Shown here piece after piece: positions 1-7,133 of a DNA stretch of 20,000 nucleotides. The notes below the pieces were generated by a model. It had not been told where the DNA came from and searched no databases. It worked only from the letters and a program-made list of their open reading frames with translations. Source of the stretch: an uncultured virus (IMG/VR IMGVR_UViG_3300035520_000308) (lineage: Duplodnaviria > Heunggongvirae > Uroviricota > Caudoviricetes). How positions within the stretch are numbered: the first letter of the stretch is position 1; the number at the start of each line of letters is the position of its first letter. The DNA lies in the IMG/VR virus record IMGVR_UViG_3300035520_000308. One strand, 5' to 3'. Position numbers and translations under genes: made by a program.

Positions 1-315
1 ATTCTCGGACAAATCACACGCATCTACTATTTTACTTTCTATTTTTTCTTTTTCTTTAGGTTTCATACTTACGATAAGTGCTTTCAACTTATCATTTTCC
101 TCTTCCAGTTCCATGATTCTGTCCATGAGCATTTGGTCGTGTTCTTCAAAGCTATAATTTTTCACCTCGTACCCATATACGCATCTCAATATCTTTATTC
201 CATCTTCATTTGTGAATTTATTTTCTGCTGTTCTTACAATCTCTAGTTCCACTCCATGATTTTTCATTAAGTTTATAAGACTTTTTAATTCTTCCGGATT
301 TGGAAATTTTTCCAT
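1..315 (-). CDS. Hypothetical phage protein, 3'-truncated by window edge (MEKFPNPEELKSL...)
   Basis: ATG at 315 with GGAGG SD upstream; frame stays open to position 1; not in ORF track. Confidence 0.75.
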   Translation of the reverse strand, partial: MEKFPNPEELKSLINLMKNHGVELEIVRTAENKFTNEDGIKILRCVYGYEVKNYSFEEHDQMLMDRIMELEEENDKLKALIVSMKPKEKEKIESKIVDACDLSEN

Positions 316-337
316 CTTTTCGCCTCCACTAATACAA

Positions 338-706
338 TTATTCAATTTCCTCTATCTTTATAATATTCTGATACATACTAAAAATTGGAACTCTATAACC
401 GATAACTGTAATTTTATAAATATGTCCTTCTTTTAGTTCCCCTTGCATATTGGAACTATTCCATTTTCCTCTAATGAAACAATCCGTATTTTCAAAAACC
501 AAAGAATTTCCATTTTCATCATCAGCAAATACCAGATATTTTGAATACGAATTTTTACCATTCTTTGAATAAATTCTATCTTTGTCTGTAATTGTAACTG
601 TATAATCAGTATCGTTAAAATTAAATATCGCATTATCCGTAATTAAAATGGCTATAACCAGAATGAATAATCCTATCAGTTTTAATTTCCCAATGTTTAA
701 TTTCAT
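338..706 (-). CDS. N-terminally membrane-anchored phage protein (DUF1523-like)
   Basis: GGAGGTGG SD before ATG 706; hydrophobic LIGLFILVIAILI segment; VFENTD...KWNSS...VIGYRVP...YQNII pattern recalled from this family. Confidence 0.6.
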   Translation of the reverse strand: MKLNIGKLKLIGLFILVIAILITDNAIFNFNDTDYTVTITDKDRIYSKNGKNSYSKYLVFADDENGNSLVFENTDCFIRGKWNSSNMQGELKEGHIYKITVIGYRVPIFSMYQNIIKIEEIE

Positions 707-882
707 TCTTTCCACCTCCCAATTAGATTCGCATATTTGCTATGCCATAATGCATAAGACAATCTCGGTAACTTCTTCATTTTCCATGTATTGCAGAATC
801 CCATGCCTTTTTCTTCTAAGTATTTTTCCATAATTGGATAATACCGGTATGATTTTATGAAATCTGTGATTCTTATCAGCAT
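703..882 (-). CDS. Small hypothetical protein (59 aa)
   Basis: AAGGAG SD before ATG 882; stop overlaps next start (ATGA). Confidence 0.65.
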   Translation of the reverse strand: MLIRITDFIKSYRYYPIMEKYLEEKGMGFCNTWKMKKLPRLSYALWHSKYANLIGRWKE

Positions 883-892
883 ATAAAACTCC

Positions 893-1069
893 TTAATATA
901 GCTTTCTTCCACATTTTGGACAGAATTTCACGATAAAACTCTCATCACTGTAATAGCTTGGTCTGTCTACGTCATGAACGCATAGAAGATACATTCCTAC
1001 TCCACGTTGCAAATATATTTCCGTGTCAACATCTCTGTCTCTTTTTCCTTTTTCGCAAAACTCACACAT
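893..1069 (-). CDS. Small Zn-ribbon-like protein (58 aa; MCEFCEK...KFCPKCGRKLY)
   Basis: Manually translated; GAGGGA SD; two CxxC pairs; fills the gap between neighbours. Confidence 0.8.
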   Translation of the reverse strand: MCEFCEKGKRDRDVDTEIYLQRGVGMYLLCVHDVDRPSYYSDESFIVKFCPKCGRKLY

Positions 1070-1070
1070 A

Positions 1071-1400
1071 TCATTCCCTCAATCTTCTCCCACACATAGG
1101 ACAAAATTCAATTTCTAAAAATGCACCACATCCAAATCTGTCAAATATCATCAATGCTGGACTTTCTTTTTCGTGTAAGAATATCTGACAGTCTTTCATA
1201 TCTGTTTCACTTGCTGTCTTTTTAAGTTTCATTATCTTGCAACATTCAACAGTTTTATTTTTCTGTCCATGGCAAAACTCACATTCATTTTCTTTTATCC
1301 CAAGCACAGCATTTGCAACTCTTTTGCACTCCGCTCCGTTATCCTCATGCGTACATTTATCATTTTCATTAAATCGGCAAGTTGTGAAATGGCAGTCCAT
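1071..1400 (-). CDS. Cys-rich Zn-ribbon-like phage protein
   Basis: CEFC...FCPMCGRRL motifs; tight operon packing. Confidence 0.75.
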   Translation of the reverse strand: MDCHFTTCRFNENDKCTHEDNGAECKRVANAVLGIKENECEFCHGQKNKTVECCKIMKLKKTASETDMKDCQIFLHEKESPALMIFDRFGCGAFLEIEFCPMCGRRLRE

Positions 1401-1401
1401 A

Positions 1402-2136
1402 TTATCCTATCTCCCCGGTTATCAATTCTGAATATGGTAAATTCTCTATCCACTCACAAAATGTCTGCCATTCCGTTAATTTGTGGTTTTTCCTGCTGTG
1501 ATAGATGCTCGCCAATACCTCATAATTCAACATGAAAGTTGATTTCTGATTGTAGCTTGACGGTAGAATCTGTATAATTTCATGCCAGTATTTTTTATTT
1601 TGAGTTTCAGCATACATCTCTCTAAGGATATTCAAACTTCCAATAATGGATTTCAACATATTACGAGTAGAGAATGTCGTAGTTGGAATTGGTTCATCAC
1701 CAATTAAATTTTCACAACTAAAATCATCAAGTGTAAATTCCTTGTTTGTTATGGTGTGCATAGTCGAACAACTGTTTCTAACAGTTCCAACCTTGTAAGC
1801 ATCAAGTTGTTTATAGAAATATATCGGTGCTGTGATATCCATATAAACTACAATCATCCGCATAAATTTTCTGTGGTCTGCACCAGATTTGCACAGCTTT
1901 TTCATGAGTTTTAAGTCATTCTTTCCAACTATGAAGTTTGACATATGTAAATCATACTTATTGCATTCCGCATATTCTCCATTTTCTCCATCCACTGTAA
2001 AATAAGGACATAAACCCTTTTGGCAATCATCATCACACTCAAAACTGTCCGATTTATCCCAACTGTTATACGGATTTCTCATGCCACGAATAGCAGCCTC
2101 CCAACCGACAACCTCGACATTTTCAATCTTAATCAT
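1402..2136 (-). CDS. Divergent ThyX-like (flavin-dependent thymidylate synthase fold) phage protein
   Basis: HRKFMRMIVVYMDITAP...STMH...QILPSSY...HKLTEW pattern; next to dUTPase; canonical RHRx7SxR motif absent. Confidence 0.65.
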   Translation of the reverse strand: MIKIENVEVVGWEAAIRGMRNPYNSWDKSDSFECDDDCQKGLCPYFTVDGENGEYAECNKYDLHMSNFIVGKNDLKLMKKLCKSGADHRKFMRMIVVYMDITAPIYFYKQLDAYKVGTVRNSCSTMHTITNKEFTLDDFSCENLIGDEPIPTTTFSTRNMLKSIIGSLNILREMYAETQNKKYWHEIIQILPSSYNQKSTFMLNYEVLASIYHSRKNHKLTEWQTFCEWIENLPYSELITGEIG

Positions 2137-2139
2137 TCC

Positions 2140-2556
2140 TTACCTCCCTGTACTTCCAAATCCATTGTTTCCACGTTCTGTGTCAGACAAATCATCAACA
2201 ACTTTCATTTCCGCTTTCAGAATCGGCAAAATCACAAGTTGGATAATCTTGTCACCCTTTTCAAAAATGTAATTCATATTGCTATTGTTATACAGTTTCA
2301 CTTTGATACTTCCAGTGTAACCACAATCAATCACTCCCTCGCCTGTGATATCATGATTCACATTAAGTCCACTCTTGCTTTTCAGAAATCCAACATACCC
2401 GTCTGGAATTTCTACATGAACGCCTGTGTCAATGACTTCGCTTTGTCCTCCCTCAAGAAGAAAATCATGTGGTGTACGCAAATCATATCCCGCATCTTCC
2501 TCATGTGCCTTTTCTGGCATATACGCTCCATCATCAAGTTTTACGTTAATCGTCAT
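2140..2556 (-). CDS. dut: Trimeric dUTPase
   Basis: All five motifs: AGYDL, KSKSG, GVIDCGYTG, DKIIQLV, RGNNGFGSTG. Confidence 0.96.
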   Translation of the reverse strand: MTINVKLDDGAYMPEKAHEEDAGYDLRTPHDFLLEGGQSEVIDTGVHVEIPDGYVGFLKSKSGLNVNHDITGEGVIDCGYTGSIKVKLYNNSNMNYIFEKGDKIIQLVILPILKAEMKVVDDLSDTERGNNGFGSTGR

Positions 2557-2576
2557 TTTTTAAACTCCTTTTAGTT

Positions 2577-3461
2577 TTATGCAATGTCATTCTCAAATTC
2601 AATGCCATATTCTCTGCACTTTTCGACTAACTCATCAAGGCTCTTTCTTCCAAGATTTCTAATTTGCATAAGTTGGCTTAAACTGTAATCTTCAAGTTGG
2701 CGCGATTGAGTAATTCCTGCGCGCTTAAGGCAATTATATGCTCTTACGGATAAATTCATCTCCTCGATATATACGTTAGGGATAGGTACATCAAAACCGT
2801 CTTTGTTTAATTTTGCTATTTCTGCAAGTTTTTCTGTGCGTTCTTTTATGTCTTTTAATCTATTTGCGCTTTTTACCGTTTCTGCACACCTTTTCCGATA
2901 TTCTTCCTCGGCTCTTTTAATCTTTTCTTGATAAGCCTTTTGCTCATCAATGATTTGTTGATACTTTTCAAGATATTCCTTGCCGATTGTAAATATTTTC
3001 ACTCTGTTTGGGTGACGCAATTTTCTATGTGCCTTATGTTCAACTTGTCGTATTCTCTCTCTTGTGACATTAAAAATCTTTCCAATTTCCTCATACGTCA
3101 TACCGTCTTCAAATCGGTAGCGGACTATCTTTGATTCTCTGTCCGTAAGAGTTTGCAATGCAAATTCATAGCACTCGTCAAAATCAGATGCATATGCAAC
3201 TTTGCCATCAAATACAGTATTTAAAAACTTCTCTTTCCAGTCGTATTCGATTTCAACATCTGCAACTGGAATATCCTCTTTGTACGCCCATTCTCTACGC
3301 ACAAACTCTCTAAACTTGTCTGAGTTAATATTTTCCAATCTACAAGCTGATTGTTCACTTTCTCCACTCTCAACATGTTCAACGATATTCAACATACGAG
3401 TAAGGATATCTTTTGCGTTTGCATAAATCTCTTTCTTTTGCACTTTTTGCTTTCCTGCCAT
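2577..3461 (-). CDS. Fusion of sigma70 region 4 HTH, coiled coil and RNA polymerase alpha C-terminal domain
   Basis: [30 protein letters not shown] (SigA r4.2-like) and [19 protein letters not shown]...[12 protein letters not shown] (RpoA CTD-like). Confidence 0.9.
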   Translation of the reverse strand: MAGKQKVQKKEIYANAKDILTRMLNIVEHVESGESEQSACRLENINSDKFREFVRREWAYKEDIPVADVEIEYDWKEKFLNTVFDGKVAYASDFDECYEFALQTLTDRESKIVRYRFEDGMTYEEIGKIFNVTRERIRQVEHKAHRKLRHPNRVKIFTIGKEYLEKYQQIIDEQKAYQEKIKRAEEEYRKRCAETVKSANRLKDIKERTEKLAEIAKLNKDGFDVPIPNVYIEEMNLSVRAYNCLKRAGITQSRQLEDYSLSQLMQIRNLGRKSLDELVEKCREYGIEFENDIA

Positions 3462-3492
3462 ATATCTCTATCCCCTTTCGGCAACCAAAAAT

Positions 3493-4545
3493 TCAATCAT
3501 CATCCTTTTCGTCTATTCCTCCATAACAAGTCCTGTAAAACAGATTCTCAATTATGGTATCATTCCAGAAATAGCACAATGTCTTGTCTATTTCTCCGTC
3601 AAATCCACCTCGCTTGTTATATTCCGTGTTAAAGAATTTGTCTATCATCATGCGATAGCTTTCAATTATCTCGTCCTCTTCCATCGTTGCCAATAGTTCT
3701 GTTGGCTCTATATACTTCCTGACTAACTTCTCTATCGTTTCCGGTTTCAGAAATTTATGCGGTTTTCCAAGCCTTAATTTATATTGTTCGCAAAAATATG
3801 AGACTATATTGACAAATTCTTCTGTCTTAGATTTGCTATCTTCCACACATTCAGATTCTATGTACTGCTCTGCTATGTTCTTCACATACTTCATGTCTAG
3901 TCCTTTGTTCGGTTTGGTTTCAGAATCAGAAAAAGCATAAGATTCTTTCTTTTTCTCTTTGGAAAAAGCATTATTATATTTATTTTCCTTTGGAAAATCA
4001 TTATAGGTATTCTCTGTATTGTAATCTCTGTTATTGTTATATATATTATATATATTATTATAAGGCTCTGTCACATTGTCTGATTCCATTCCGTCATTTT
4101 GTCTGTATCTGGAATTTTCATTGTCTTTTGTCTCTTCTTTTTCTTCTCGATTTTGTGATTCTTCTGTATCTTCTCCTGCAAGTTTTTTCAGTAATTTTTT
4201 CAGTTCGTCTTTATTTATCGTATACCAGTTTGGTCTTTTAGTCCTGTCTTCGCTATAATCTCCTACGATGATAAGATTCTTTTCTCGCAAAGATTTAAAT
4301 GCTCTCTCAATTGTCTTTTCAGAAAAAAACGGAAAGTTATCTTCTTTCCATTGTTTCATGGAATTATATACCCAGTATTTTCCATCTCGGAAATTTCTGT
4401 TTTCAGATTCATTATGTTCTACCCAGTAATAAACTTGCCTTAAAACGATTGTCTCATTTAGACCAATTTCTGTTGCTAATTCCGTGTTTACTGGGATGTT
4501 GTTTTTACTCGACAAGAGCAATTTTATGTAGTCACTCATTTTCAT
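3493..4545 (-). CDS. Phage replication initiator / replisome organiser-like protein (N-terminal wHTH); true start may be ATG 4539
   Basis: IGLNETIVLRQVYYW...WVYNSMKQW...FPFFSEKTIERAF...WYTIN N-domain, low-complexity Asn-rich linker, AGGAGG SD. Confidence 0.75.
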   Translation of the reverse strand: MKMSDYIKLLLSSKNNIPVNTELATEIGLNETIVLRQVYYWVEHNESENRNFRDGKYWVYNSMKQWKEDNFPFFSEKTIERAFKSLREKNLIIVGDYSEDRTKRPNWYTINKDELKKLLKKLAGEDTEESQNREEKEETKDNENSRYRQNDGMESDNVTEPYNNIYNIYNNNRDYNTENTYNDFPKENKYNNAFSKEKKKESYAFSDSETKPNKGLDMKYVKNIAEQYIESECVEDSKSKTEEFVNIVSYFCEQYKLRLGKPHKFLKPETIEKLVRKYIEPTELLATMEEDEIIESYRMMIDKFFNTEYNKRGGFDGEIDKTLCYFWNDTIIENLFYRTCYGGIDEKDDD

Positions 4546-4598
4546 ACCTCCTGTGTTGATATTAAATGCCCACGCATATTTCCTGTGAATTATAAAAA

Positions 4599-4652
4599 CA
4601 ACGGACAGGCAATCACAGGTTTTGCTTTTCGCCCCGTCGGGCTATTCCGTTG
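4599..4652 (-). ncRNA. 3-way-junction leader RNA A (c4-like architecture) upstream of replication initiator
   Basis: CAACGGA/TCCGTTG closing stem, GCCC-GACG-GGGC hairpin, GAAAA, GCAA-AACCTGTGA-TTGC hairpin; loop complementary to downstream sites including the SD. Confidence 0.6.
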
Positions 4653-4664
4653 GTTTTACCAATT

Positions 4665-4886
4665 TTACAGATAACCGAGATTTTTTAGTCCTTGCATAGC
4701 TGAAGTCAACCCATTCTTGCTTATGCCATGAAATTTTGCTTTCTCATCGTCATTTGCAAACTGAATGTCGTTGTATTTTTCAACTCCAAGTATAAATCTC
4801 TGTTCTGGTGTAAGTTTCGTGTCGTAAAACACGCTTTCTGGAATAAATATTCCTTTACCCTGTTTCTTAAACTCTGTTACTGTCAT
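4665..4886 (-). CDS. Small winged-HTH-like protein (73 aa)
   Basis: AAGGCGG SD; IFIPESVFYDTKLT...SAMQGLKNLGYL resembles N-termini of phage replication HTH proteins. Confidence 0.6.
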   Translation of the reverse strand: MTVTEFKKQGKGIFIPESVFYDTKLTPEQRFILGVEKYNDIQFANDDEKAKFHGISKNGLTSAMQGLKNLGYL

Positions 4887-4926
4887 AGCATTACCGCCTT
4901 TCTTGTAATCTGCCTTATCAACATTA

Positions 4927-4983
4927 TGGCAAGGAAGCGACTAAGGCTTGTCGCTTATCGTGTTGCAATCACTATCCCTGCCA
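4927..4983 (-). ncRNA. 3-way-junction leader RNA B (same architecture as A)
   Basis: TGGCAGGGA/TCCTTGCCA stem (G-U on minus strand), GTG/CAC hairpin, AGCGAC-AAGCCTTA-GTCGCT hairpin. Confidence 0.6.
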
Positions 4984-4986
4984 GAA

Positions 4987-5045
4987 AGGAGATGCGGGAT
5001 TTGCACCCACGCATTTTATGTTCTGGCTAACTGAACTAATCTCCT
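4987..5045 (-). ncRNA. tRNA-like element 1 with no anticodon arm
   Basis: AGGAGAT/ATCTCCT 7-bp acceptor, TA, GTTC-AGTTAGCCA-GAAC D-arm, 9-nt linker, GTGGG-TGCAAAT-CCCGC T-arm. Confidence 0.75.
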
Positions 5046-5271
5046 GAAATGCCTCTATGGCTTTGTATTTTCAATTTTTAGACCTGCTTTCACTATTGGT
5101 CGATAATTTACCATCCGCAATAAAAACGTGCCTTAAAATCGAAATTTGAGTGGTTTCAGACAGATGTAGTAGGCGAAGAAAAGAAAATGGGACTACACCT
5201 GTCAGCATTATTTTGTTTTCGACAGCCTGTAACCGCAAAGTCACTGTCTAGTCGGTAATGAGCCGACAGAT

Positions 5272-5421
5272 TGCTATGGTTGGGACTTGCACCCAACAAT
5301 GTAGTTTTGATACGCAAGAAAAGTTTTGTGTGTTTCCTCCTACTCACTGGCTCATCAATATTGCACTACTTCAATTCTCTGTAACAACGTATCAAATAGC
5401 GTCTTATTCCGCCACATAGCA
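5272..5421 (-). ncRNA. tRNA-like element 2 with long insertion in place of the anticodon loop
   Basis: TGCTATG/CATAGCA, TG, GCG-GAATAAGA-CGC D-arm, TTTGATACG/CGTATCAAA stem around a ~70-nt insert, GTTGGG-TGCAAGT-CCCAAC T-arm. Confidence 0.75.
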
Positions 5422-5552
5422 ATTTGATGAATGAGGTTTCCAACTGGAAAGTTTTTTAAATAGCACTTATTACCCGTGACCATCTCGACCTCGCGCAACC
5501 AGTTGACATTATTTTTGGTTTTAGCAGCCTTAACCTCAAAAGTACGCTGCCA

Positions 5553-5662
5553 TTTGATGAAATTTTTGATTATCTGGACTATCAGATAATCATTTCCGAA
5601 CTCTCACCCAGCAAACTTTATAGTCAAAGAGTAATGCTAGTTACGTGAGATTATTCATCAAA
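5553..5662 (-). ncRNA. Structured RNA: 3-way junction with complementary hexaloops
   Basis: 9-bp closing stem; 10-bp perfect hairpin with loop ATAGTC; second arm with loop GACTAT (exact reverse complement). Confidence 0.65.
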
Positions 5663-5812
5663 ATCATGGTATGTTTCTTATACAACCCATGCATTAATTC
5701 TGTCTACCACATACCAGCCAAACAAAATCTTTTACGGAGCTGAAAAGAATAAAAAACAAATTTCTGTAATGCAGAAATTAGATTCCTTTTCTACACTTGG
5801 TAGATAGGGAAT

Positions 5813-5886
5813 GCGCATAATGAGAATCGAACTCATGCTTCCAAACGCTGCCTCATAGAGGCGGACAGAATTACTGCCGTATGCGC
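5813..5886 (-). ncRNA. tRNA-like element 3 (74 nt; aberrant D and anticodon arms)
   Basis: GCGCATA/TATGCGC, GCAG-TAATT-CTGT, GCCTC-TAT-GAGGC, ATGAG-TTCGATT-CTCAT canonical T-arm, discriminator A. Confidence 0.75.
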
Positions 5887-5964
5887 GCCAATCAATTTTG
5901 AAAGGAATTTAAATGAAAAAATGTTTGCCCTCTGACACTGCGCGGGGTTTTGACAGTATCAGAT

Positions 5965-6059
5965 AGTTGCGGTTTGGATTTGCACCAAACAATTTGAGGA
6001 TGTGAATCACTTTCTCAAGGCTCTTCAACATTTGTGTTTACCTTTTCCACCACGCAACT
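5965..6059 (-). ncRNA. tRNA-like element 4 (Leu-like D-arm, no recognisable anticodon arm)
   Basis: AGTTGCG/CGCAACT, TG, GTG-GAAAAGGTAAA-CAC, GTTTGG-TGCAAAT-CCAAAC. Confidence 0.75.
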
Positions 6060-6457
6060 ATTTTGTCCATTTTATGACTATGTGGATGCATAGGATTTAA
6101 CTGTCTCAGAGGAGTATCCGCCGGTGCTACCGACTTGCAGGAATCAAACCGCCCGCCCAAGCTATAAGGACTAGACCACTATGTTTGCTCTTGCCAGTTT
6201 TACAGTTTACTCTGTTTGACAGCTATGCGCTCTGCCAAAGCGTGATAATCCATTCTGATTATACAATCTGTCTGTGATATCACTCACCGACTTTGAAATG
6301 GATTACTTCTTAGGTGATTATACGTTTGTCATACGGATTTTAACGTCTTTTTCTGACGGTTTGTGGTATATTATTCCGTGACGTCTTTGGATAACATCCT
6401 CTTCCGACGGACAACTAGCACTCATCCCCATTAATATACAGGAATGACCGTCAGAAA

Positions 6458-6521
6458 TGGCAATCCGGAGAATTGAACTCCGGTCCTATGAGTTATCATC
6501 GCGCCCATACACCAATTGCCA
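6458..6521 (-). ncRNA. tRNA-like element 5 (64 nt; shrunken D and anticodon arms)
   Basis: TGGCAAT/ATTGCCA, TG, GTGT-ATGG-GCGC, ATGA-TAAC-TCAT, CCGGAG-TTCAATT-CTCCGG. Confidence 0.72.
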
Positions 6522-6612
6522 CTAAAAATGATTAAAAAGGAGGTCCGCCAAATAATAAAATTTATCTGAACGAATAGTCATTATGGAGCTTGAATCCATC
6601 ATGACCTTTTGG

Positions 6613-6741
6613 CTATTTCTTCTTCTCCTTGTACCCGCTTGCGTATATTGCCCTTGCCTGTTTCTCGGCTTGACTTTTTGTCTTATATGTCTTTCCGGTA
6701 TTTCCAAACTTGTAACCGGATTTTGTTTTATGTACTGGCAT
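6613..6741 (-). CDS. Small basic phage protein, 42 aa (MPVHKTKSGYKFGNTGKTYKTKSQAEKQARAIYASGYKEKKK)
   Basis: GGAGGTG SD 7 nt before ATG 6741; below ORF-track cutoff. Confidence 0.8.
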   Translation of the reverse strand: MPVHKTKSGYKFGNTGKTYKTKSQAEKQARAIYASGYKEKKK

Positions 6742-7133
6742 TTCTCATCACCTCCGTGTAGTTATCATGTAAGGCTTATTTATATTGTTCCAATATAGAA
6801 ATATTATAGTTTATATGAGTTATGTATTAATATTGGATGTGTTAATGGAGTATTTATATATTATAATAAGCCTCTTTTTGTTTTTGAGAAAATTTAAGGC
6901 ACTAACTAGGCGCGATTTTCGGCACTCGGAAAACCCCTGTACCGGTCATCTGCGCCGGCATCTGTCCCCATGCTCCGTTCCATTGTTGAATTGTGTGAAT
7001 TTTAATTCAATTCACCTCATATGCCGCCTATATAGCGGTTAAACAATAATTTATCTGCTAAAACCATGATGTGAAATCACTACAACCCTTGATTTTGCTG
7101 GGGTTTGAATTGTGTCTAAATTGTACATGGCAT

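Noticed and set aside
2577..3461. Genuine rpoA or sigA gene
   Set aside because: Lacks the alpha-NTD and sigma regions 2-3
4020..4065. Replication origin inside the initiator gene
   Set aside because: An AT-rich tract is present but no clear iterons were found; it may just encode the Asn/Tyr-rich linker
5156..5347. 63-aa ORF in the track
   Set aside because: No SD; runs through the tRNA-like and hairpin structures
5813..5886. Functional tRNA-Ile(UAU)
   Set aside because: The 7-nt loop reading needs a stem mismatch and C33, and the D-loop lacks GG; kept only as tRNA-like
5890..5963. HDV-like/theta ribozyme after element 4
   Set aside because: P1 and possible P1.1/P2 pairings exist, but no P3 or catalytic J4/2 could be built
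6522..6707. 61-aa ORF in the track
   Set aside because: The overlapping 42-aa frame (6613-6741) has a strong SD and a more protein-like sequence
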